Source: Candidatus Sericytochromatia bacterium (GTDB lineage Bacteria; Cyanobacteriota; Sericytochromatia; S15B-MN24; JAQBPE01). Taken from it: a stretch of 38,293 nucleotides of DNA. The stretch is from the NCBI GenBank assembly GCA_040400605.1, contig JBBAPZ010000001.1, forward strand, positions 222,544 to 260,836, written 5' to 3'. A program made the translations under genes and the position numbers. The notes under the pieces were generated by a model that had not been told where the DNA came from, searched no databases, and saw nothing but the letters and a program-made list of their open reading frames with translations. Every line of letters begins with the position of its first letter. Positions within the stretch are counted from its first letter, which is position 1. Shown here one piece after another: positions 1-8,035 of the stretch.

Positions 1-1
1 G

Positions 2-250
2 GCGCTCAAGACGCGAGCGGCGCTGATTGCGCCGCTCGGTTCGAATTATGTTCGCAGGTTCGCGATAATCCAGGCTGGCGTGATCAATGCATTGCTTTTT
101 GTGACCATTTATCAGCTGAGTCAGTATCAGGGTTGGGGTGGCGCCAACTTGAATTGGGTCATGCCGGGTTTGTACGGTTGTTTGTTTTATGCCTACAGTG
201 TGTCCAATGTAGACTGGACGATCGCCAAGTTTCACGCTGAAGAACACTAA
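2..250 (+). CDS. 3' end of a hypothetical membrane protein (truncated by window start)
   Basis: Frame from position 2 is open to TAA 248-250 (ALKTRAALIAPLGSNYVRRFAIIQAGVINALLFVTIYQL...KFHAEEH*). It has two hydrophobic stretches, and the stop directly abuts the next ATG at 251. Confidence 0.6.
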   Translation, partial: ALKTRAALIAPLGSNYVRRFAIIQAGVINALLFVTIYQLSQYQGWGGANLNWVMPGLYGCLFYAYSVSNVDWTIAKFHAEEH

Positions 251-1048
251 ATGTGGCGCACCCTGACATGCTTGGCGATTACTGGTGTTACCTGGTTGAC
301 GTTCGATTCGGCTGCCATCGCACTGCCAACAGGTTTGCGTCCTTTGGGTATCACTGCTGAATCGGCTCGCAATGTTGAACCGGGACATGGCATGCTTGAG
401 ATCGGCGCGTTGCTGCCACAGTGGGATGGTGCTGCAGTGGCCATATCAGGGCCCGAAGACGAGCGTATATTTGAGCGCTGGCGTCAACTAAGCGCTTGGC
501 CTTCGCTCACTGTGCAGGTTCCTTTCCGAGAACTGGAAGCATTGCTGGTTCACGTCGGGCCGCTGGTTGGCGCATCTTACCGGATGCCTTTGTTGTACGC
601 CGACGCACCTTGGGGTAATGAATACGTCCGTTGTGTGTTTCAAGCCGGTGGTGGCTTTCATTTGGCGAGTCATCGGCCTGGGGCCCATGTTCGGTTGCCC
701 GTTATCTATGAGAAGGACACCTGGGCTTTTCACGTGATACCGGGCGGCTATTATCTGTTCAATGATCAACCGATTGCGGATGTTCAGATTGGTCTGGAGC
801 ACCGTCCTTGGTCATTCATACAAGCGGGTATGGGGGTGCATTTGCGCATGGATACCAAAAAAATCACCCCTCAAGAAGGCACGTGGTCGTTTGGTGCGGG
901 CCTTGGAATTCACGTGGCTGAGGGACTGCAAGTCAGAGGTGAGTGGTTGACGGATAACGGCTTGCCTGAGGCACCTGGCGCAAAGCCGGCCTTTCAGGTG
1001 GAGTTTCCTGGACAAAGGTTATCCGTCAGCTTGAATGTCATTTGGTAG
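251..1048 (+). CDS. Secreted protein, probable outer-membrane beta-barrel
   Basis: N-terminal signal-peptide-like segment, amphipathic strands (WSFGAGLGIHV, LQVRGEW) and a C-terminal aromatic beta-signal-like end (LSVSLNVIW). Confidence 0.6.
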   Translation: MWRTLTCLAITGVTWLTFDSAAIALPTGLRPLGITAESARNVEPGHGMLEIGALLPQWDGAAVAISGPEDERIFERWRQLSAWPSLTVQVPFRELEALLVHVGPLVGASYRMPLLYADAPWGNEYVRCVFQAGGGFHLASHRPGAHVRLPVIYEKDTWAFHVIPGGYYLFNDQPIADVQIGLEHRPWSFIQAGMGVHLRMDTKKITPQEGTWSFGAGLGIHVAEGLQVRGEWLTDNGLPEAPGAKPAFQVEFPGQRLSVSLNVIW

Positions 1049-1095
1049 TCTGAATTTGAAACATCAGACACGCCGCCAACGCGTGAGAAGCGCGG

Positions 1096-2688
1096 TCATT
1101 CAACCGTCAGGCTGAGGTTGTTCCGATTCAGGTAGCGTTTGCCGTGATAGCCATTTTGCAACGTGACACGGTCCTGCCAAACTAGAAAGCGGTTAGACTC
1201 ATCGGCCACGGCAATCAGATAATAACGGCCTGCTGGCAACGTCTGCAGGATAAAACGACCCGCGCGATCCGACTCACAATCAGCGATGATAACACCTTCA
1301 CGCAACATGTCTCGGATACGTTTCCGGTATCGTGATCGCAGGAGACGGGCATCCGCCTGTGAAAGGCGCAACACCCTTCTGTCCAAATTGTCTTCAATGG
1401 GGCGTTCACTCAAATAGAACTGTACACCATCCAGATAAGTGATGGCCCCGCTTTTCGGGTCAAACAGGCTGACCAATCCAGACAGGGTCGCACTGCCAAA
1501 CGGCACCCGCACGGTCGGCGTGTTCGCCACAGGAAACCGCGAAGGCACAGCACTTTTCAAGACAGGCTCCGACACCACCGAAGGCCTTGCGGCAGGCACC
1601 AGCACAAAAGGGGTCCGCAAAACACTTGGGACAGGTACTGTCACAACCACAGGCAGACTGGACACTTTCGGCCCAGGCGAAGGGCTCAGCGAACTAGCCG
1701 CGGGCACAGGCGGTTGGCTAACCAGCGCGATTGATCGCGCCGACGGCTTGGCACTCGGCATCAACACAGGGGTTGCCGTAACAAGGGGCGTTGGCAAAAC
1801 ACTTGGGACAGGTGTAGCCAACACGACAGGCAGACTGGACACGTTCGGCCCAAGCGACGGGATTACCGTACTAGCCATCGGTACAGGCGGTTGGCTCACC
1901 ACCGCGCTCGCTTGAACTGACGGCTTTGAGCTCGGCATGAACACAGGGGTTGCCGTAACAAGGAGCGTTGGCAAAACACTTGGGACAGGCGAAGCCAACA
2001 CCACAGGAGAACTGGACACGTTCGGCCCAGGCGACGGGCTCAGTTTCACAGCCGTCGGCACAGGCGTTTGGCTCACGTGTACGACAGGTTGGACTGATGC
2101 CTTTTTCCCGGCGCCCGTCACAGCAGTTGGACTTAACGATGGACGGGTGTCTGGGCCCTTGTTCGCGATACGTCTGATTGACGGGTATTGCAACACGCGC
2201 ACCAACTGGCCTGTTGCATCAAAACTCAGATCATATTCCCATCGTGGATGAATCGCACGCATTCCTCTGTTGGCGAGCGTTTCCTGAAACGACGCAGGAC
2301 CCAATTTTTGTTCAACGACCGTCAAGGCCATTCCCAAAGTCAACCCAGGTTTAAGAAACCCTCGGAAGCTTGGTGAATAGAGCAACGCGACGACTCTGTC
2401 CCCTGCATCGAGTGCGAAGGCAACGCCACGTTGGCGGTAGAAATACCACAGGATCACGGGTTCTGTTGGTAAATCATAAATTTTTTGAGGCGCTGAAACA
2501 TCCTCTGGAAGTCCGAAGCGCTTCTCCATCAGGTCGCCGGACTTGCCAAGCAAGTCAGCGTAACCGCGCGTGGACTCAGTGGATACCGGCCCAGAGCGGG
2601 ACGAACGTGCCTCCACTGCCAGAGGATCACCAAACGATGACCCCAAAAGCGTTATCGCAGTCAACAGTGTGCAAGCTTTCCTGCGCAT
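1096..2688 (-). CDS. Secreted protein with Pro/Ser/Val-rich 59-aa tandem repeats and a C-terminal carboxypeptidase-regulatory/transthyretin-like beta-sandwich
   Basis: Start moved to ATG 2688 (AGGAG RBS upstream; signal peptide MRRKACTLLTAITLLG). C-terminal motif SDRAGRFILQTLPAGRYYL. Confidence 0.75.
   Translation of the reverse strand: MRRKACTLLTAITLLGSSFGDPLAVEARSSRSGPVSTESTRGYADLLGKSGDLMEKRFGLPEDVSAPQKIYDLPTEPVILWYFYRQRGVAFALDAGDRVVALLYSPSFRGFLKPGLTLGMALTVVEQKLGPASFQETLANRGMRAIHPRWEYDLSFDATGQLVRVLQYPSIRRIANKGPDTRPSLSPTAVTGAGKKASVQPVVHVSQTPVPTAVKLSPSPGPNVSSSPVVLASPVPSVLPTLLVTATPVFMPSSKPSVQASAVVSQPPVPMASTVIPSLGPNVSSLPVVLATPVPSVLPTPLVTATPVLMPSAKPSARSIALVSQPPVPAASSLSPSPGPKVSSLPVVVTVPVPSVLRTPFVLVPAARPSVVSEPVLKSAVPSRFPVANTPTVRVPFGSATLSGLVSLFDPKSGAITYLDGVQFYLSERPIEDNLDRRVLRLSQADARLLRSRYRKRIRDMLREGVIIADCESDRAGRFILQTLPAGRYYLIAVADESNRFLVWQDRVTLQNGYHGKRYLNRNNLSLTVE
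1600..2073 (-). repeat. Intragenic 177-bp (59-aa) tandem repeat, about 2.7 copies
   Basis: AACACTTGGGACAGG recurs at 1621, 1798 and 1975 (177-bp period). Units begin SQTPVP / SQPPVP / SQPPVP. Confidence 0.95.
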
Positions 2689-2716
2689 GATCGATCTCCT
2701 GAGCAGACAACACCCC

Positions 2717-2745
2717 ATTATAGGACAATCAACCCACGCTGTCTC
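2717..2745 (-). promoter_or_regulatory. Putative sigma70 promoter for the repeat-containing secreted protein
   Basis: Minus strand GAGACA-17 bp-TATAAT, about 30 bp upstream of ATG 2688. Confidence 0.5.
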
Positions 2746-3051
2746 GTCAGGCCAGACTGAATGACGCAACATTCGACCGTTACCTGTACCAAGCCCGGAA
2801 TTCAAGTCGCGGTGCGGCGAAGAACGCCAGTCAAACCATGAAACGAGCGGCGATCACCAGTTTCGGATGTGCAGCGATCACAAACAACATCGTTATGTTG
2901 TGCTAATGAATGATGGGGTTGAGGCGTGCAGACTGCTTTCATCGACGCTACATGACACTGCGGAGGGTACAACCGTGTCGCTATTGATGTTGGTGCTGGC
3001 ATTGGCAATGGTGGGACTGGACTTGTCATTCTAGCCGGGCTTGGCAAAAGC

Positions 3052-3155
3052 TGACGCACATGTTGCTGGTAAAAACCTGTGCGGCAATCCTGGAGAAGTC
3101 AGGTTCTCACGTGCCGACAGGCTGCAACCGCCAAAATTTAGGCACCAATCAACGC
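3052..3155 (+). repeat. Dispersed 104-bp intergenic element, copy 1
   Basis: Aligns without gaps to 35315-35418 (69/104 identical, hand count). Shared blocks include TGACGCACA, CTCACGTGC and CACCAnTCAACGC. Confidence 0.85.
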
Positions 3156-3350
3156 TCTGAGTTTAGCCCGCTCGCGCAACACCAGCAGAAACTTGTGCAC
3201 CTGATGCCTGTCATATCGCGCCATCAGGGCGCCGACCCGACTCGTTCATCACAAGCATTGGCCTCGAACCAGCAGGCCTAGCGACCGAACCGCGACTTGC
3301 TGCCAATGCGGCGTGCGCTGGCTTGCCATCACGAACACAAGCTGTTATGC

Positions 3351-3821
3351 CTACCGCCTGCTTTGTCTTTTGACTTCAAAAAACGAGGATAACAGCGTTT
3401 GACACCGCTGCTCCTCGACTCCTGCGATGACCTCAACCACATGGTTGAAGCGAGGTTCGTGCGTCAGGTTCCAAACGGTCCCACATGCGCCAACCTTGGG
3501 ATCCATCGCGCCGAAGACCACGCGATCGACGCGCGCTTGCACCAAGGCAGCCGCGCACATCGGACAAGGTTCGAGGGTCACGTAGAGCGTACAGCCCGTA
3601 AGCCGCCACCGTCCAAGTCTTTGTGCGGCCTCTTTCAAAACGGTCAGCTCCGCGTGACCGAGTGGGTCGTGCTGCGCCTCACGCGTATTGAACGCCCCGG
3701 CGAGCAACCGACCGTCGTAAACCATCACCGCACCAACAGGAATATCGCCACAATCTTTTGCGCGCATGGCAAGGGTCAACGCAGCGTCCATCCAATGGGC
3801 GTGTCGTCTGGGCTGCATCAT
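3351..3821 (-). CDS. tadA: tRNA adenosine(34) deaminase
   Basis: PVGAV, HAE, LYVTLEPCPMC and FNH motifs. Start at ATG 3821 overlaps the coaE stop (ATGA). Confidence 0.95.
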   Translation of the reverse strand: MMQPRRHAHWMDAALTLAMRAKDCGDIPVGAVMVYDGRLLAGAFNTREAQHDPLGHAELTVLKEAAQRLGRWRLTGCTLYVTLEPCPMCAAALVQARVDRVVFGAMDPKVGACGTVWNLTHEPRFNHVVEVIAGVEEQRCQTLLSSFFEVKRQSRR

Positions 3822-4453
3822 GCGGGTGTGCGCAACACGCTTTCGCGCCAACGGTGACGTACCGCTGCTTCCAGCGAATGTGCATCGCCGGCATTGGCAA
3901 TGATATGCGTCGCCCATTCCTGTTTTTGAGCAAGTGGCATCTGTGATGCGATGCGCGCCCGTGCATCATCGGCACTCAGACCGTCACGACGTTGCATGCG
4001 TTCCACTTGCAGTGTTTCCGGTGTGTAGACCAGCCACGTCTCCGTAAAGGCGTCCTGCAAACCGTTCTCGAATAACAGTGGTATCACCATGACAACAGCG
4101 GGCGGTTTAGGCTCAGCCTGCTGAATCTGCGCCAAGGCGGCGTTCATTGTCTGACGCACCCGCGGGTGAGTATACTGGTTTAGGCGTAACCGCGCGGCCT
4201 CATCCTTGAACACGCGGACACCCAGTGCTGCGCGATCGAGTTGCCCGTCCGGCAAAACCACGCCAGGGCCAAAGTCCTTGACGATCGCCTCGTAGGCAGG
4301 TGCGCCTGGCTGTACCACTTCCCGCGCAACCACATCCGCATCGATAATGGCCGCGCCAAATGAAGCTAACAGGTTGGCAACCGTAGTTTTTCCTGACGCA
4401 ATGCCGCCAGTCAATCCGATCACGGGCAGGGCACAGTGCGCTGGAGCAATCAT
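3818..4453 (-). CDS. coaE: Dephospho-CoA kinase
   Basis: IGLTGGIASGKT P-loop, DAD, LDR, HP, IPLLFE and SQM motifs. AAAGGAGG RBS before ATG 4453. Confidence 0.95.
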   Translation of the reverse strand: MIAPAHCALPVIGLTGGIASGKTTVANLLASFGAAIIDADVVAREVVQPGAPAYEAIVKDFGPGVVLPDGQLDRAALGVRVFKDEAARLRLNQYTHPRVRQTMNAALAQIQQAEPKPPAVVMVIPLLFENGLQDAFTETWLVYTPETLQVERMQRRDGLSADDARARIASQMPLAQKQEWATHIIANAGDAHSLEAAVRHRWRESVLRTPA

Positions 4454-4469
4454 TGGCAGCCCTCCTTTC

Positions 4470-5444
4470 TCACACGACCCAATTCGCTCTAAAGACCCGT
4501 AACCAGTTCTCACCGAGGATTTTTTTTACGACAGGTTCTGAATAGCCCCTGACTATCAAAGCCTCCGTCAAACGCGGCAAAAACCCCATATGCGGCAAGC
4601 CGACCGGGGTCTGAGAGATGCCATCGAAGTCTGAACCCAAAGCGACAACATCAGGACCCGCCAACTCACAGACATGATCGATATGTCGGACGATCGCTTC
4701 AATCCCGGGTGCGCCTGGCCCAAGAAAGGCGGGGACATAGGTGATACCCAAAACCCCGTTTTGCTGGGCCAAAGCCTTGATCTGAGCATCGGTCAGGTTA
4801 CGCCTGTGGTCACAAACGGCGCGCGCATTGGCGTGGCTCACCACCACCGGTTTCGAACTTGATTCGAGCAAATCCCAAAAACCCGGTTCAGCCAAATGGG
4901 CCGCATCCACCACGATGCCAATCTCCTGCATATGCGCCACGAGTTCACGACCGGGTTGGGTCAATCCCCCGGGCTTTGCCACCCCAACGCCGTCAGCCAG
5001 CTCATTACGACCGTTCCACGTCAATCCGATCATCCGAACACCTGTCGCATACAAAGCGTCCACGTGTCGCACACTGCCCATACACGGTGCGGCATCTTCC
5101 AGACTCAATACATAACCTTCACTCAGATCACCGAGGTCGGCCAGACTGGTCACGAGGCGCAGGCCATGGGTCCTCGCTAAGTCATGAAAACAGCCGATTT
5201 TTGCCATGCAACGCGAAAAAGCGTGATGACCGATGTAGTCGGGTTCATTCCAGCAAGCCATCACTTGCAAATTGACATGACCTTGACGCAATTTCGGTCG
5301 GTCAATCTGCAAAGCGCAATCGCCCGTTGCGAATGCCAGGCCTTCATCCAGCACGCGTGACAGGGTGTCACAGTGTCCATCCACCACGAAGGCGGATGCG
5401 TGGAACGCCAAGGCCTCAGCATGGTACGATGAGTTGTGATTCAC
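4470..5444 (-). CDS. Membrane dipeptidase (peptidase M19 family)
   Basis: DGHCDT, GLTWN, SHAN, RN.TD and GSDFDG motifs. GTG start at 5444 with AAGGAG RBS. Confidence 0.9.
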   Translation of the reverse strand: MNHNSSYHAEALAFHASAFVVDGHCDTLSRVLDEGLAFATGDCALQIDRPKLRQGHVNLQVMACWNEPDYIGHHAFSRCMAKIGCFHDLARTHGLRLVTSLADLGDLSEGYVLSLEDAAPCMGSVRHVDALYATGVRMIGLTWNGRNELADGVGVAKPGGLTQPGRELVAHMQEIGIVVDAAHLAEPGFWDLLESSSKPVVVSHANARAVCDHRRNLTDAQIKALAQQNGVLGITYVPAFLGPGAPGIEAIVRHIDHVCELAGPDVVALGSDFDGISQTPVGLPHMGFLPRLTEALIVRGYSEPVVKKILGENWLRVFRANWVV

Positions 5445-5481
5445 GCGCGCGTCTCCTTTGCCCAGACCATGGAGTTGTACC

Positions 5482-7278
5482 ATGACGTGGCCTGACTTGC
5501 CGACAGCCCTACAGGGACCAATAGCGTGCTTGACCAAGTCCTGGCCCGGCACGTTGAGTCTTGCGTGCGAGCATCTGCGCACGGGCGAGCGTTGGCGCCT
5601 GAATGACGTCGTAATGCCGGCCGCCAGCTTGATAAAGGTCCCACTGGCGATCGCTGCCTACAAGGCCCACGAAACTGGCAAATTGAATTTGAACGAACGG
5701 GTGTGCGTACCACCTGTGGCCACTGATACTGAAGCGGAATTCGACAATCTGGGTCTGGCGCCGCCATTCACCACGTCTAGCTGGCGCAAGGTAGTTGATC
5801 GGATGCTGACAGAGAGCGACAACGCCGCAACCAATGCGTTGATCGAACGCCTTGGCCTTGATGCGCTGGAAGGTTTGGGTCGGTCTCTCGGTTGGACGCA
5901 GACGCGGCTCCAGCGTTTGATGTTGGATGGTGCCGCTCGCGAGGCTGGGCGAGAGAATTGGACAACAGCGATTGAAATGGCGAGCGTATTGAGCGCGCTG
6001 GCGCGTGGCCAGTTGGTGTCACCGCTGCATACCCGCGAACTGCTGGGATTGTTGGCGCAGCAGCGAAGCGATGACAAATTGGCAGCCGGCTTTGGTCCCG
6101 ATCGTCATTTTGCCCATAAAACGGGCGAATTGCCCGGCTTTCGGCACGACCTGGGCCTTGTGGACGGTTGTGATGGATGGGTGGTGTCCGCCTTGCTTGG
6201 TGGCCCCGCGACGGACTGGATGCAGGCGGATGCGCTTCTGGGGGAATTGGCGAGAATACTTGAGTCATATTGGCAAAACCAGGTGTCACGGGAGCAGGCG
6301 CTCACGCATTTCCTGCGGACACAGCAACAGGCATTGGTTCGTGATCCCCGACTGGCCCACGACCAATTGCAGCTGACGTGGCAACAGGATGCGTGGTGTG
6401 TTACCGGCGTGACAACTTTACCGGAGCGGCTTGTCATGCCCGATCGGACGGTTCGATGTGAGGCAATTCTGCTGCAGGCGGTCCGTGCCGTTGTATGCGT
6501 TCCTTTATTGCAGTTGCGCTCCGTCCCGGGTCATCACGGCGAGCTCGTCTCGCAGTTACGCCTCGGCGATACGGTTGATGTTCTGCAGTGGGATGACGAT
6601 TGGGTTTTGTTGCGCGGCCATGATGGCTACGTATCGTGGGGGAAACGGAACAATGTGACAGATGGGGTGTCGTGGTCCCCAACGCACCAGGTGGTGGTGC
6701 CGGTCATCACGGTCCGCGATCAAGGTGGCGTGGTCTGGCAGCTGGGGGCGATGAGTCGTTTGCGGCAGGTCGGTTCTGATACGTTTGCCTTACCGCGGGG
6801 GCAGATTGTTCATTTACCGGCCGATGCCGTGGCGTCGTTGGATGGTTCAGGGAGCGTATCAGGCGCACTTGCTTTTGCTGAAGCGATGCTCGGATTGCCT
6901 TATTTATGGGGTGGGGCGAGTGGGTGGGGCGTTGATTGCAGTGGTCTTGTGCAGCTCGCCTTCGCTTCACAGGGCGTATGGTTGCCACGCGATGCTGATC
7001 AGCAAGAAACGCACACCACGCCTGTGAGCGACCGGGCGGCGCTTTGCCCGGGTGACCTCCTGTATTTTCCAGGACACGTTGCCATTTACACAGACAATGG
7101 GCGTTACATCCATGCGTCAGCCAAATTCGGATGTGTCACGATCAACAGTCTGGTTTCAACGGACAACTGTTACGAGCCGAAACTGGCCGATTCGCTCCAC
7201 GCCATTGGGCGCACAACGTTGCGCCACAACGTGGAACAACCGTTCATCGGACCGTCCCAACCGACAAGCAGGCGCTGA
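5482..7278 (+). CDS. Fusion of class A beta-lactamase-like serine hydrolase, SH3-like domain and NlpC/P60 (C40) peptidase
   Basis: SxxK (SLIK), SDN and KTG motifs; SH3-like LRSVP...SQLRLGD...GYVSW; PYLWGG...DCSGLV...GHVAIY...IHAS. ATG 5482 with GGAG RBS. Confidence 0.9.
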   Translation: MTWPDLPTALQGPIACLTKSWPGTLSLACEHLRTGERWRLNDVVMPAASLIKVPLAIAAYKAHETGKLNLNERVCVPPVATDTEAEFDNLGLAPPFTTSSWRKVVDRMLTESDNAATNALIERLGLDALEGLGRSLGWTQTRLQRLMLDGAAREAGRENWTTAIEMASVLSALARGQLVSPLHTRELLGLLAQQRSDDKLAAGFGPDRHFAHKTGELPGFRHDLGLVDGCDGWVVSALLGGPATDWMQADALLGELARILESYWQNQVSREQALTHFLRTQQQALVRDPRLAHDQLQLTWQQDAWCVTGVTTLPERLVMPDRTVRCEAILLQAVRAVVCVPLLQLRSVPGHHGELVSQLRLGDTVDVLQWDDDWVLLRGHDGYVSWGKRNNVTDGVSWSPTHQVVVPVITVRDQGGVVWQLGAMSRLRQVGSDTFALPRGQIVHLPADAVASLDGSGSVSGALAFAEAMLGLPYLWGGASGWGVDCSGLVQLAFASQGVWLPRDADQQETHTTPVSDRAALCPGDLLYFPGHVAIYTDNGRYIHASAKFGCVTINSLVSTDNCYEPKLADSLHAIGRTTLRHNVEQPFIGPSQPTSRR

Positions 7279-7462
7279 AAAACGATTAATGCGTCAATTT
7301 CAAACAAGTGTGGCCAGTCATCATCACAACCGTTTCTGTTCAAAAAACAGACTTTTGGCATTGCCCGTCAACGGCATTCACGGTCGAAGCCAGGCGTTGA
7401 GGGCTACGGGCAACCGTCCGATGGTTTGCGCTCCTGAAACGCGCAAGGCGAACGCCCGGTTC

Positions 7463-7765
7463 TCAGAGGGGAAGATTGATGCGGAGGTATCCCGCGCATA
7501 AAGCACCTGCGATATCCGCACTCAAATCACCGAAGTCGAAAGTCCCGCGTCGTGAGTCAAGTAACTCCTTGGTCAGACCAATGCCAATCACACCGAAGAT
7601 CGCCCAATCCGTGGGAGCGCCGACCCGCACCAATTGGTCGGTCATGACATATGACAAGCCGAAGTGTGCGGCTTTGTCAGTGAAAGGTGTGATTTCGGCG
7701 TACGCTGGCCTCACCCACAAGCAAACAACCAACAGAACGACGCCAATCAATTCACTTTTCAACAT
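7463..7765 (-). CDS. Small membrane or secreted protein, YfiM/DUF2279-like
   Basis: Signal-like N-terminus followed by the DKAAHF...KELLD...FDFGDLSADIAG pattern. Confidence 0.65.
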   Translation of the reverse strand: MLKSELIGVVLLVVCLWVRPAYAEITPFTDKAAHFGLSYVMTDQLVRVGAPTDWAIFGVIGIGLTKELLDSRRGTFDFGDLSADIAGALCAGYLRINLPL

Positions 7766-7941
7766 CACATCCCACGCAGCGTTAAACATTGGATCGAACA
7801 AGCGTATTATACCCATCCGGCAAGGCTGGCTCGCCAGCCTCCTCGCATCGTGTTTCCGCAAAAAACCGGTGTCGCGATATCCAGGCCGATCAAATTGAAT
7901 GGTGACAATGGGCGATGATTGTGGCCCGTTTTGTTGCAACT

Positions 7942-7950
7942 TGTTACACT
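7942..7950 (+). promoter_or_regulatory. Putative extended -10 promoter for the ligase operon
   Basis: TG-T-TACACT about 85 bp upstream of the first ligase start. Confidence 0.35.
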
Positions 7951-8035
7951 TAAGGCGGTGTGACGTCGCGCACGTTTTGTTCGGGGCACACGGCGAGGGG
8001 CGGTTGAAACGAGTTAAATTGAAGGGCGAGGGTTG

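Noticed and set aside
2753..2765. 13-bp match CAGACTGAATGAC with 37252-37264
   Set aside because: 13-mer matches are expected by chance in 38 kb and the flanks do not extend.
2974..3054. Frame reading RVAIDVGAGIG, resembling methyltransferase motif I
   Set aside because: Bounded by stops at 2953 and 3052, and no other methyltransferase motifs are visible in neighbouring frames.
5482..6300. Antibiotic-resistance beta-lactamase
   Set aside because: No signal peptide, no apparent Glu166 equivalent, and fused to NlpC/P60.
7322..7425. Possible fifth copy of the 104-bp element (GTTTCTGTT...TCACG at similar spacing)
   Set aside because: The middle and 3' blocks do not align, so it cannot be separated from chance without a profile search.
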